Positions 47,587 through 57,032 of a stretch of 64,000 nt of DNA are shown here, piece by piece. Positions within the stretch are counted from its first letter, which is position 1. Every line of letters begins with the position of its first letter. Source of the DNA: a virus; IMG/VR virus record IMGVR_UViG_3300042345_000884, positions 1 through 64,000 of that record. The stretch is one strand, 5' to 3'. The notes below the pieces were generated by a model, which was not told the DNA's origin, ran no database searches, and worked only from the letters and a program-made list of their open reading frames with translations. The translations under genes were made by a program, and so were the position numbers.

Positions 47587-48211
47587 AGTAGAATTAAAAG
47601 TTGCTTTTTGTAGTTATGAAGCCGCAAAATACGCTTGTCAAAACTATCATTATTCTAAAACTATACCGGCTAGTAAACTTGTTAAAATAGGTGTGTGGGA
47701 AAATGAAGAGTTTATCGGTGCTGTTGTTTTTGGTCTTGGCGCAAATAATAATCTGAGTAAACCGTAAGGTTTACTCAGTCTTGAATGCTGTGAGTTAGTT
47801 AGAGTAGCATTAAAGAAACATCAATCACCTGTTACTCAAATAGTTTCAAAGTCAATTAATTTACTAAAAAATCATTGTGTTGGCTTAAAATTAATTATTT
47901 CTTATGCGGACACTGCACAAAACCATTTAGGCGTTATTTATCAAGCTGGTAACTGGATATATGTAGGTCGCATGAAGCAACCGACTGAGTATATTTTAAA
48001 AGGAAAAAGAATGCACGGACGAACCCTTTCTTCTATGGGAGGAGTAAAAAAGTATCCAGAGGCACGAGCAGTAAAAGGATCAAGTAAACACAAATATTTG
48101 TATCCTTTAGATAAAAAAACTAGAAAACAAATCAGCCGTTTATCCCTTCCGTACCCCAAAAAAGATGATGTCAAACAAGCTAAGAAAGTAGATACCCATA
48201 GTGACACTTGA
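47579..48211 (+). pseudogene. Mom-like (GNAT-fold) DNA modification protein with in-frame TAA at 47765-47767
   Basis: NYHYS, IGAVVFG, KP*GL, CELVRVAL, IISYAD...HLGVIYQAGNW in one frame. Confidence 0.8.
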
Positions 48212-48240
48212 TAAACTGTCACACTCCACCAACACTTATC
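48201..48240 (+). promoter_or_regulatory. GTGACA-N10-TGTCAC motif, copy 1
   Basis: near-identical 40-mer at 48723. Confidence 0.7.
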
Positions 48241-48287
48241 AAAGAAACCGATCTACTATAAAAAAGTAAACAAAACCGAGGTTTCCT

Positions 48288-48638
48288 ATGTTAATTCAAT
48301 CTTTCGCTAAAGACATTCTCAACTACGCTGAGTGGACTACCCGCGTTAAACGGGAAAAAGTCAATCGGCATTTATGCCGTACCTTAGAAAATATGCGAAA
48401 AGATGGCGTAATTGACAGTAAGCAATGGTGTGAGTGGGACGGCATTCTTTACGGGATTGCTATGTATATCCGCACTGGGCGGGCGTCTGTTGAAATTGAA
48501 AATAAAGTTGACAGTCTCACCGGTTACGGGTTTATCAAGCTAATAATTAAGATGTGGCTCGATGGGTGTAATTGTCCTGGCGACGCATGGGATTGGCTTC
48601 GTAAAAAAGGACACAACCTTGATAAATTAATCAGATAA
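48288..48638 (+). CDS. hypothetical protein
   Basis: GAGG RBS; terminator at ~48660-48690. Confidence 0.7.
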   Translation: MLIQSFAKDILNYAEWTTRVKREKVNRHLCRTLENMRKDGVIDSKQWCEWDGILYGIAMYIRTGRASVEIENKVDSLTGYGFIKLIIKMWLDGCNCPGDAWDWLRKKGHNLDKLIR

Positions 48639-48722
48639 AATCTAGATTAAAATCGGTCTAACCCCAATGCTTTACTGGCATTGGGGTTATTGTTTTAGGG
48701 TATCTTTAGAAGTTAATAGATT

Positions 48723-48762
48723 GTGACACTTGATAAACTGTCACACTCCGCCAACACCTATC
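48723..48762 (+). promoter_or_regulatory. GTGACA-N10-TGTCAC motif, copy 2
   Basis: see copy 1. Confidence 0.7.
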
Positions 48763-48814
48763 GAGAGATTCGATCTATATTAGAAAAGTAAGCAAAACAC
48801 AAGAGGACAAATCA

Positions 48815-49399
48815 ATGTTTTTCCCTTCTACTAATCCCATAATTGATCGCATAAATTCCGAAATCTTTTTTGATCGCTCAAAAAACTTTAATCACCGATC
48901 TATTGCTTCCCTTGATTCCTATCGAGGAAAGGTACTTACTCGAATCAATCTTCTTCTTACTGAAGAAACGCGGCAAGAAATCTGGGACGCTTTTTATTAC
49001 TGGTGGCAAAAAAACAACGACATTGATTACTGGTATTCGTGCCGTGAACAAAAAGATTTTAAAGAAATGGCTGACTGGATTATTGCCAATTTTTGGCGAG
49101 AATTACAAATCGAACAAAAACTAGATATGGAAACATCGGATAAACTTCCAGTTGAAGTTAAAAAAAACGAAAGCGGATATTATACTTTTGGCATTCCTTC
49201 CGAAAGTGACTTAGAAGATGCAATAAACTGGGTAGAAATTACTGAGTTTCAAGGAAGCGAAAAACAAGTGAAATGGGCAAAAAATATAGCTTTACAACAC
49301 TTACAAGAGATTGTAAGTGCATGGAAAAAAGAAATCGAAATCCCTATTTCTGCTAAGTGGTGGATCGAAAATAGAAACAGTATTGATTTTAGTAATTGA
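48815..49399 (+). CDS. hypothetical protein
   Basis: GSEKQVKWA...SAKWWIENR motif common in mobile-element proteins. Confidence 0.7.
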   Translation: MFFPSTNPIIDRINSEIFFDRSKNFNHRSIASLDSYRGKVLTRINLLLTEETRQEIWDAFYYWWQKNNDIDYWYSCREQKDFKEMADWIIANFWRELQIEQKLDMETSDKLPVEVKKNESGYYTFGIPSESDLEDAINWVEITEFQGSEKQVKWAKNIALQHLQEIVSAWKKEIEIPISAKWWIENRNSIDFSN

Positions 49400-49464
49400 T
49401 ATTTTCTATTGTAAAGCATTTAATTAGTTATCAGTAAAAACAAAACACACGGAGATTACCTATC

Positions 49465-50070
49465 ATGGAAAACTACAACTTTGAAAGCCAAATAGAAGAA
49501 ACTTCCCGCATAATGCGGGAATGGTACGAATCGCTGATCCCAGAAACTTTGCGAAAGCTAGATCGGCAACTAGCAAAATTACCAAAAGGCCAGATCGGAT
49601 TAATTTTTTTCAAGGATGGCAATATTAAAGCTTCCCTTACCACTCCTAAGTATGATCCAGGTATAGTTGATCGACTGAAAAATGCACACTATTTTTATGA
49701 CAAAAAGCCTGCATGGAATCCTCAAAAGAAAAGATGGGAAATTGAAATTGATCTTCTTCCCAGGATAGCTTTTGCTTTTCCTGATTTTGAATTATCACCC
49801 TCTCTTTTAAGCCGATTTCCTTCTGTAAAAGAGATTCAAGAAAATGGCACTCGCGCCATTGCTTATATTAATTCTATTATTCAGGAATATGCAAGCGAGC
49901 ATCTCAGCGAATATTACTTCCAATACAATGAAGATCCTGAAAAAAATTATGACACTGCAACAAGAATAATTTTAGGCAAGGCTCCCATCCACGCCGAAGT
50001 ACAGCCAAAAATTAAAGAATTGGCCTGGAAAATGGGATTTTCTGAATCAAATTGGGAAAAACCACAATAA
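49465..50070 (+). CDS. hypothetical protein
   Basis: GGAG RBS. Confidence 0.7.
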   Translation: MENYNFESQIEETSRIMREWYESLIPETLRKLDRQLAKLPKGQIGLIFFKDGNIKASLTTPKYDPGIVDRLKNAHYFYDKKPAWNPQKKRWEIEIDLLPRIAFAFPDFELSPSLLSRFPSVKEIQENGTRAIAYINSIIQEYASEHLSEYYFQYNEDPEKNYDTATRIILGKAPIHAEVQPKIKELAWKMGFSESNWEKPQ

Positions 50071-50140
50071 AGTTTTTATCAGTTATCAGTAAAACAAAAC
50101 ACATAAGGAGACAAATCATGACTACTACAGAAAACAAAAA

Positions 50141-50386
50141 ATGATTACAGCTAGACAAGCCTACATTTATCTGGTGTGGGCTAGAAACAACAATCTTGAC
50201 CCAGTGCCTGTAACTTGCCGGCATCGGAACTATCGCTTTAAAGTGGCATCAACTACCAAAGAATTAGGGATAGGAAAAGAACGAGTCAGGCAAGTTCTAG
50301 TTAAAATTCTCAACTTACTATCAAAAGGAAAACAAATTGAGGAGGCAACCCAAATAATATTAAGAGAATACGAAAAATTCAATTAA
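50141..50386 (+). CDS. sigma region 4-like HTH protein
   Basis: TKELGIGKERVRQV. Confidence 0.55.
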   Translation: MITARQAYIYLVWARNNNLDPVPVTCRHRNYRFKVASTTKELGIGKERVRQVLVKILNLLSKGKQIEEATQIILREYEKFN

Positions 50387-50418
50387 TAAAAACCCGTCAA
50401 TTGATTGACGGGTTTTTA
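50387..50418. terminator. bidirectional terminator
   Basis: TAAAAACCCGTCAAT-TG-ATTGACGGGTTTTTA. Confidence 0.75.
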
Positions 50419-50659
50419 GTTAATATCGTTAACAGATTGTTAGCAAGGGTATTGACAGTGGAAAGTATTGATATATATAAGTTTTATTGGTTTGTTATCT
50501 TTGTTAGCAGGTTCCCTAATTCTCGTTTTTTCTGTGTCCAGATTCCCCAATACAGAAAATTCTGTATTGGGAGATAATTGATTATTTAAAGTGGTACAAT
50601 ACTAATATGCCCCTGCTCTAAACAGGGGACTGACCACAATTACTACTCTAGAGTAAATC

Positions 50660-51391
50660 ATGGCTAATATTAGTTTACAGGAATTTGATCAAAATAGTGT
50701 AAATATTGTCCCGTTTCAGTTTAACACTCAAGAAATTCGAGTGACCCTGATTGACGGGAATCCGTGGTTTATCGGTAAAGATGTTTGCAATGTACTAGAA
50801 GTTAAGGACTCATCTACAGCGTATTCTCGGTTAAAGGGCTACGAAAAGCTGACCCGGTTAATAACCGTGTCAGGTCAAAACCGAGAAATGGTAGTCGTTT
50901 CAGAGTCTGGACTCTACCGATTAGTTCTTACTAGCCGTAAGCCTCAATCAGAACCTTTTCAGGATTGGGTAGTACAGGAGGTTCTTCCTTCAATCCGAAA
51001 AACTGGAAGTTATTCCGTTTTACAGTCAACAGAGAAGCTTGAGTGTCAAGTCGCCCAACTGACCAAAGACAACGAACGGCTAAGAAAACATTGCCTAAAC
51101 TCAACACTTGCCTCTGTGGGAATGATCAATGGGTTGAGAGAGACTCAAGAGTCGTTATTAGAATTAGTTGAGCTTCAAAAAGACAAGATTGCAGAACTTA
51201 CTCTAGAGATATTGTGCTTAAAAGACTCAAACGAAATTCAATCGGGTAAGATTGCGAAGCTTTACAGCCGAGTCGCTTTGTTTGAACAAAGACTTCAAGA
51301 CTACGAAAATATCGGATTAGCTTTTTCTGAACTGACGGCTAAATGTCAAGCGGAACGAGCGGAAGCAAATAAATACAAAAATCTGATCTAG
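50660..51391 (+). CDS. BRO-N antirepressor with coiled coil
   Basis: DGNPWFIGKDVC, VSESGLYRLVLTSRKP, FQDWVVQEVLPSIRKTGSY. Confidence 0.9.
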   Translation: MANISLQEFDQNSVNIVPFQFNTQEIRVTLIDGNPWFIGKDVCNVLEVKDSSTAYSRLKGYEKLTRLITVSGQNREMVVVSESGLYRLVLTSRKPQSEPFQDWVVQEVLPSIRKTGSYSVLQSTEKLECQVAQLTKDNERLRKHCLNSTLASVGMINGLRETQESLLELVELQKDKIAELTLEILCLKDSNEIQSGKIAKLYSRVALFEQRLQDYENIGLAFSELTAKCQAERAEANKYKNLI

Positions 51392-51439
51392 TAAAAATAC
51401 CTAAACCCAAATAACCCCTATGGACTCATAGGGGTTATT

Positions 51440-51890
51440 TTGCTAGTTTGTAATTAGACTGTAGATAAGATGATCAACAATGAAAAGCATTGATATATAT
51501 AGTTTCTAGACTTTGTTTATATTGTTACTCTATTTCCCCGTGTCAGGATTTTTTATCCTTCCTTATTGTCCAGTTCGTTTATCTCTCCCTATCTTTTCTC
51601 TCCCCTGTATAGGGCATCGACAAGATAAACAAACCTCGAAACCTATACCCTGCAAGACTTTCGATTGTAGATAAGGTTATTAACAATCGAATTACAATCT
51701 AACAGCCTTACTGCTGACCTTGCTTGTTTCTTTTGCAGTCTTTTTATTGTCCAGTCTGGTTTATTCTTTTGTTTTTCTTTTTTTCCTCTATAGTCCATCG
51801 ACATTATCTACAAACCTTAAAACCTATACTCTATAAGGCTTTTGATTGTCGATCACCCTATCTACAATCTATCTACAATAATAACGAGTA
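51440..51890. repeat. second cluster of three ATCTACAA/TTGTAGAT units, inverted relative to 38595-39300
   Basis: reverse complement matches units at 39175-39300, 38855-38945 and 38600-38700. Confidence 0.75.
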
Positions 51891-51899
51891 AATATACTT

Positions 51900-51962
51900 A
51901 GTACAAGCGTTCAGAAATAATTCTCCCAATCTGTTGACTTTATTGGGAGAATCGGATATATT
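51900..51962 (+). promoter_or_regulatory. repeated promoter P2
   Basis: AGTACAAGCGTTC...TTCTCCCAA..TTGACT..TTGGGAGAA..TATATT. Confidence 0.8.
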
Positions 51963-51996
51963 AAAGATGTAAGCAAAACACGCAAGGATTAAGACG

Positions 51997-52209
51997 ATGA
52001 TTCATCTTTACTGGGACAATAAAGTTGTAGCAAAATTTAAAACTCAAAAAGCGGCTTTTAAAAAAGCGCATGAATATGCAAAAAAAGATAGTCGTCCACT
52101 TTGTTTGGTTGATTTTTTTATTCTAGACACAAAAAATCCTTGCAACCTAGAATTAAACAAGCAGTTTGAAAAGCAATGGTCAGAATACATAATGAGGACA
52201 CCTATTTAA
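51997..52209 (+). CDS. hypothetical protein (YW..K.V family)
   Basis: N-terminus shared with 52390 and 57033. Confidence 0.65.
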   Translation: MIHLYWDNKVVAKFKTQKAAFKKAHEYAKKDSRPLCLVDFFILDTKNPCNLELNKQFEKQWSEYIMRTPI

Positions 52210-52293
52210 AGTAGGCTTCTTATAAAATTGCAATTCTTATATTGCTGACTAAGCAATAAAAAAACACTTAACTAAGTTAAGTGTTTTTTTATT

Positions 52294-52356
52294 AGTACAA
52301 ACGTTCAAAAAAGATTCTCCCAAATACTTGACTTTATTGGGAGAATGATCCATAAT
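52294..52356 (+). promoter_or_regulatory. repeated promoter P3
   Basis: same architecture, -10 CATAAT; preceded by a palindromic terminator at ~52256-52293. Confidence 0.8.
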
Positions 52357-52389
52357 AGAAATGTAAACAAAACACACAGAGAAAACAAA

Positions 52390-52647
52390 ATGATCACTGT
52401 TTATTGGCAAGGCAACATAGTATCGCGGCATCACAGTAAAAGAAAAGCTTTTGAATCTGCCGCACTTCTTTTGAAAAAAAATAATTTTTTTCAAAAATAC
52501 CTAACACCCAAAGAAGTCACCCAGTGGCTTAATAGCATTCAATTTACATACGGTTTATGGGTTTCTTGTACAAGCCATCGCGAATTTATTGAGTATTTGC
52601 GGGACACATACCCTGCCAATAGCAAGATACAGTTAGCTTGTGGATAG
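52390..52647 (+). CDS. hypothetical protein (YW family)
   Basis: MITVYWQGNIVSRH. Confidence 0.65.
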   Translation: MITVYWQGNIVSRHHSKRKAFESAALLLKKNNFFQKYLTPKEVTQWLNSIQFTYGLWVSCTSHREFIEYLRDTYPANSKIQLACG

Positions 52648-52673
52648 CCTAAAAATAGTAATCAGTTATCAGT

Positions 52674-52736
52674 AGTACAAACGTTCAAAAAAGATTCTCC
52701 CATATACTTGACATTTATGGGAGAATATCGTAAGAT
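52674..52736 (+). promoter_or_regulatory. repeated promoter P4
   Basis: inverted repeat has a compensatory change TTCTCCCAT/ATGGGAGAA; TTGACA-17-TAAGAT. Confidence 0.8.
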
Positions 52737-52775
52737 AAATCTAGACACATAATCAAAGTTTCAGGAGTTAAATAA

Positions 52776-53135
52776 ATGTGGAAATTTTTACAAGTCGATA
52801 TTGCTGATATCAATCCTTCCGTTCTTGAAGAAACTTTCTCTCAAACTAAATTAGATAATTTAGCTAATCTTATTATTGAAATGGGTGGACTTATTCGCCC
52901 TGTTATCCTCAAAAAAGCTGATAATAAAAAAGTTGGTGAACGTTATGATATTATCAGTGGAGATTTGGAATATTATGCTTCTGTTATCGCTAATCAGAAA
53001 TCTCCTGACATCGAGATGATTAACGCTTTTGTCGTTGATAAAGAAGCGGAGAGTATCGCTTCACGACAAATAGATTTATGTGATTCGGCAAAAAGAAAAA
53101 AAAACAGAGACGAAATTCACTCTATTAAATTTTAG
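52776..53135 (+). CDS. ParB N-terminal-like protein
   Basis: LDNLANLIIEMGGLIRPVILK...YDIISG..EYYA. Confidence 0.75.
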   Translation: MWKFLQVDIADINPSVLEETFSQTKLDNLANLIIEMGGLIRPVILKKADNKKVGERYDIISGDLEYYASVIANQKSPDIEMINAFVVDKEAESIASRQIDLCDSAKRKKNRDEIHSIKF

Positions 53136-53186
53136 TCACCTAAGCAAGTCAGTAAACTGCTTAATTTAATCTATAATAGCAACGCT

Positions 53187-53552
53187 ATGATCTTAATTAT
53201 GTCTCTTAGATCGGAAGATTTTGAAGTTTTAAAATCTTCTGTTCAAAAAATCGACAATATCGACACTAACTTAAATCTTGTTAAATTACAAGATTATTCT
53301 CTATTGGGCATAACAAGAGTAGCCTTAATCTGTGATAAACAGCCTGAAATAAAAGGGATTAATTTCTCTGTAGAGATAAGTATCCCTGAAACTAGATACT
53401 GCGCCGCTTGTTTAGTTTTAGGTAAGTTTACGCCACTTACTATCCGTAACAGTTCTGGATACTGTCTAGAACATCGAGAACTTGATCCTAAGCGAAAACG
53501 GGATCGACACAAACGCTATAAGCAGAGACGTAGTACAAATGTTCAGAAATAA
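53187..53552 (+). CDS. Zn-finger hypothetical protein
   Basis: CAAC...GYCLEH. Confidence 0.6.
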   Translation: MILIMSLRSEDFEVLKSSVQKIDNIDTNLNLVKLQDYSLLGITRVALICDKQPEIKGINFSVEISIPETRYCAACLVLGKFTPLTIRNSSGYCLEHRELDPKRKRDRHKRYKQRRSTNVQK

Positions 53553-53594
53553 TTCTCCCAAATACTTGACATTTCTGGGAGAATATCGTAAGAT
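53532..53594 (+). promoter_or_regulatory. repeated promoter P5
   Basis: AGTACAAATGTTC; TTGACA-17-TAAGAT. Confidence 0.8.
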
Positions 53595-53628
53595 AGAATC
53601 AAGCAAACAAACACAAGAGGACAAAGTT

Positions 53629-54006
53629 ATGACTTCCATTGATGATGATTGGTTACTTTACGAGTATGAGACATCGGTACTTATCAAGCATATCGAAAAA
53701 AATCTCAATGAAATTAACCGAAACTATTTCGAGGGAATTTACGGAATACTAAGCATCACTAATAGCGGCAATTACGTTACGGTTAAAAGTCAAGAGGTTT
53801 TTGTTGCAGATTATGACACTCAAAAGCTTTTTGACGCTCTAGAAAATTTTAGTGAAGAAGATCGAGACTTTCTTTTTCCTTATGATTTGTGGAACTATTT
53901 AGATCATTGCAAGCGCACGCCAGAAGATCAGGAATCTGACAACAAGTTAAAAACCGAGAAGGAATTAACTTTTTCTGAAAACAGTAATAATATGGAAATT
54001 AGTTAG
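53629..54006 (+). CDS. short paralogue of 54131
   Basis: NLNEINRNYFEG...ADYDTQKLFDALENF shared. Confidence 0.75.
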   Translation: MTSIDDDWLLYEYETSVLIKHIEKNLNEINRNYFEGIYGILSITNSGNYVTVKSQEVFVADYDTQKLFDALENFSEEDRDFLFPYDLWNYLDHCKRTPEDQESDNKLKTEKELTFSENSNNMEIS

Positions 54007-54035
54007 ATACCAGTTGCCAGTTTCCAGTTATCAGT

Positions 54036-54098
54036 AGTACAAACGTTCAGAAATAATTAACCCAGATAGTTGACTTTATTGGGAGAATCGGATATATT
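54036..54098 (+). promoter_or_regulatory. repeated promoter P6
   Basis: AGTACAAACGTTC; TTGACT-17-TATATT; left arm of inverted repeat degenerate. Confidence 0.75.
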
Positions 54099-54130
54099 AG
54101 AAATGTAACCAAACCACAAGGACACAAATT

Positions 54131-55438
54131 ATGACTTCCATCAAATTTTACGAAAGATCGACAATTATTAAACGTATTGAGGACAATCTCAATGAAATTA
54201 ACCGAAACTATTTCGAGGGAAAACACGGAATATTATCAGTCACTAATAGCGGCGATTACGTTACGGTTAAAAATCGAGGTGTTTACTTAGCAGACTATGA
54301 CACTCAAAAGCTTTTTGACGCATTAGAAAACTTTGAAGATGATTACGAGCTTGCGCTTTCCTGCTATGATCTTTGGGATTATCTTGATAATTGTGAATAC
54401 ACACTTCCAGAAGATCAAAAGCTTCTTGTAAAACTTGAAGATTTACTTGATGAAATTGATTGTACATACTTTAGTCATTGCCGTTCAGAATTATTAATTG
54501 AGCAACAAAATGACGAAATAGTAAATATCCGTAAGAATGGCGAATGTTTATCATTCTTTATTCAACCGCTAGTTAGCAGCTTAGATAATATCGATACTGG
54601 TTTTTTTGATGATCTATGGGATTATCTTGAGTATAAGTTTCTGTTTCACGCAGTAAAAACTGACAATGAATTAAAAACCAATGATGAGTTATCTTTTCCT
54701 GAAAAACGGCAAGTTGCGCTTGTCGATATGTTGTTAAGTGAACCTGTACCTATAACTGAATCTTCTGGTCTGGATGATTGGACTACCAGTTTAATACCCC
54801 ACTCACAAACTATACATACCGAAGCCTCAACGCTAAAGGAATTAGTTGAGGAACTAGAACAAAAAAATGAAATTCTGGAGAAAAAAAATCAAGAATTAGA
54901 ACAGAGCAAAGAATACAACGAAGCATGGATTGACAACTTAAAACAAAAAGTTCACGATTTAGAATGTGCGGTTTATCTGATGCAACAGGAAACAAATCAG
55001 ATAGCAGTCTTAAACGAATCTGTTACTCAGTTACACATTCGTATCTACAAATTGGAACAGGAAAATAAGTAACTAAAAAATCAATCAGAGCCTCAACCAG
55101 AAACTAAACTAGAACCTAAACCGACAACTAAAAAGCGACCCAAATTTAAACTCCCCGAAAACTTTGCTGACTATCAGCAAGAGTGCGACGACTTAATTAA
55201 TGCCTTGTCCTGTTTCTATAACATCAAAAAAGGTAAATGGAATGGGATTCTCCAATTTATCCTCACTCCTACCGCTTCTCAAAAAGAGAATTATCCTGAC
55301 AAGTGGAGAGCAGGACTATATTTACAGCCAGGACAGTGGATAGTTGACAAAGTAAGTATGTCCGACCCTGATGACTGGCAAGAGTGGTTTATGGACATTG
55401 ACGATTTTGCTGACGCTAACGGTATAGAGATTAGTTAG
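54131..55438 (+). pseudogene. coiled-coil protein interrupted by in-frame TAA at 55070-55072
   Basis: frame stays open from 55073 into ORF 55205-55438. Confidence 0.65.
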
Positions 55439-55505
55439 TTTCCAGTTATCAGTTATCAGTAGTCAGTTATCAGATATTAGTTGACAATTATTTAGGAGTA
55501 AAGCA

Positions 55506-56030
55506 ATGATTGAGATTGAAATGGTAGAGATTCCTGATGCAACTTTTGCAATAGGTAAATATCCAGTGACTCAAAAACAATATGAAGCAGTAATGGGAAC
55601 CAATCCCTCTTGGTTTAAAAACAATCCCCAAAATCCAGTAGAAAATGTTAGCTATGATCAAGCTAAAGTTTTTTGCCAAAAACTAAGGAAGATGACTGGT
55701 AAAAATTATCGTTTACCAACGGAAGCAGAATGGGAATACGCCTGTCGGGCAGGGACTGAAACCCTATTTAGCTTTGGTGATGATTTATATAGGTTAGAAA
55801 GATTATGGTTGGTTGGATTGAATTCTCAGAAGACAACTCATCCTGTGGGACGGAAATTACCTAACGCTTGGGGAATTTATGACATGAGTGGCAATGTCTG
55901 GGAAATGACTCAAGAAGCCAAGTTGCGGGGCGGTTCCAAGAACCGCGACCCTACTTATTGCTATTCTCGTTTTTATATCGTCAACACATTAGCAGAAAAC
56001 ATCGGTTTTCGAGTAGTTTGCGACAAATAA
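55506..56030 (+). CDS. FGE-sulfatase (formylglycine-generating enzyme-like) domain protein
   Basis: GKYPVTQ, RLPTEAEWEYACRAGT, PNAWGIYDMSGNVWE, RGGS, IGFRVV. Confidence 0.9.
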   Translation: MIEIEMVEIPDATFAIGKYPVTQKQYEAVMGTNPSWFKNNPQNPVENVSYDQAKVFCQKLRKMTGKNYRLPTEAEWEYACRAGTETLFSFGDDLYRLERLWLVGLNSQKTTHPVGRKLPNAWGIYDMSGNVWEMTQEAKLRGGSKNRDPTYCYSRFYIVNTLAENIGFRVVCDK

Positions 56031-56085
56031 TCAAGATTCAGTTATCAGTTATCAGTTATCATCAACAAATAAACAGGAGTTCCAA

Positions 56086-56349
56086 ATGATTTTCTACAAA
56101 GCTTTCGATTTTTGCCTTCTTACCCCTAGCGTACAAGAATTTGCTGAAAAACTAGAGAATATGCTAGTAAAATTAGACCATCATTTATTAATAAGTGAAG
56201 ATGGACTTTACTGCAAAATATTTTATCTTGAACCATCACTTAATGTTTTTCCGTATGTTTTTGAAACTCAAAAAGTTTACGAGATGTTGAAAAATTTTAA
56301 CAAACATAAAAGTTATTTATGGGCTTTTCTTCAAAATTGTAAAGCTTAA
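56086..56349 (+). CDS. hypothetical protein
   Basis: AGGAG RBS. Confidence 0.65.
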   Translation: MIFYKAFDFCLLTPSVQEFAEKLENMLVKLDHHLLISEDGLYCKIFYLEPSLNVFPYVFETQKVYEMLKNFNKHKSYLWAFLQNCKA

Positions 56350-56401
56350 TAGTTTTAGCTATCAGTAGTCAGTAATCAGCGATAAATTAACAGGAGTAAT
56401 T

Positions 56402-56632
56402 ATGTTTCACTTAAGCTTTGCAGAAAAAGATGAGAATGGCAATCCTAAAAATCAGACTTCTACTGTTGTGGCTATTATACGCGACAAGAATGGAAAGTGT
56501 AAAGAATATTCCCACAATATAAATACAGAAGCTGATGTTACTGAAATTTTTGAATATTACAATCAAAGGGACGATTTATTGTATTTTGAAGCTATAGACG
56601 CTAAAACTGGTCAAACTATTAAACTAAAGTAA
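56402..56632 (+). CDS. hypothetical protein
   Basis: AGGAG RBS. Confidence 0.65.
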   Translation: MFHLSFAEKDENGNPKNQTSTVVAIIRDKNGKCKEYSHNINTEADVTEIFEYYNQRDDLLYFEAIDAKTGQTIKLK

Positions 56633-56651
56633 CAAGTTAACAGAGGTAATT

Positions 56652-57023
56652 ATGTTATCGTTTCAAGAGTTTCAAGAACAAGTTTTAAGTATGTTTGATG
56701 TAACCGAAAAAGATAAGTGTAAGTTTGCAAAAAATTGCATTTATTTTGGGGCAACTATTAGTTACGATAGCTATCAGGCGATAGTATTTGATGTAAAATA
56801 TATCAAAAGTAACGGTCAGTGGCATATTCAAAAAATTTATACACAAGACTGTGAGGCTTTTTCGGATTCCTTGACTCAAGGAATCAAAACCATCGACAAA
56901 CAAACCACAGACTCTATTAACGGTGAGTTACAAGTTTTCTTTAAAATTCAGAAAGGATGGAGAAAAGCTAAGTTCCAAGAGTTGTTTGAGTCTTTCAATG
57001 AATTAATAGAAGCAAAAAAATAA
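56652..57023 (+). CDS. hypothetical protein
   Basis: GAGG RBS. Confidence 0.65.
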   Translation: MLSFQEFQEQVLSMFDVTEKDKCKFAKNCIYFGATISYDSYQAIVFDVKYIKSNGQWHIQKIYTQDCEAFSDSLTQGIKTIDKQTTDSINGELQVFFKIQKGWRKAKFQELFESFNELIEAKK

Positions 57024-57032
57024 GCAGGAGTA

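Noticed and set aside
41851-54098. NtcA or CRP sites in the repeated promoters
   Set aside because: They match neither GTA-N8-TAC nor TGTGA-N6-TCACA
47765-55072. Genome-wide stop-codon reassignment
   Set aside because: TAA is the normal terminator of many intact genes here; only two interruptions were seen
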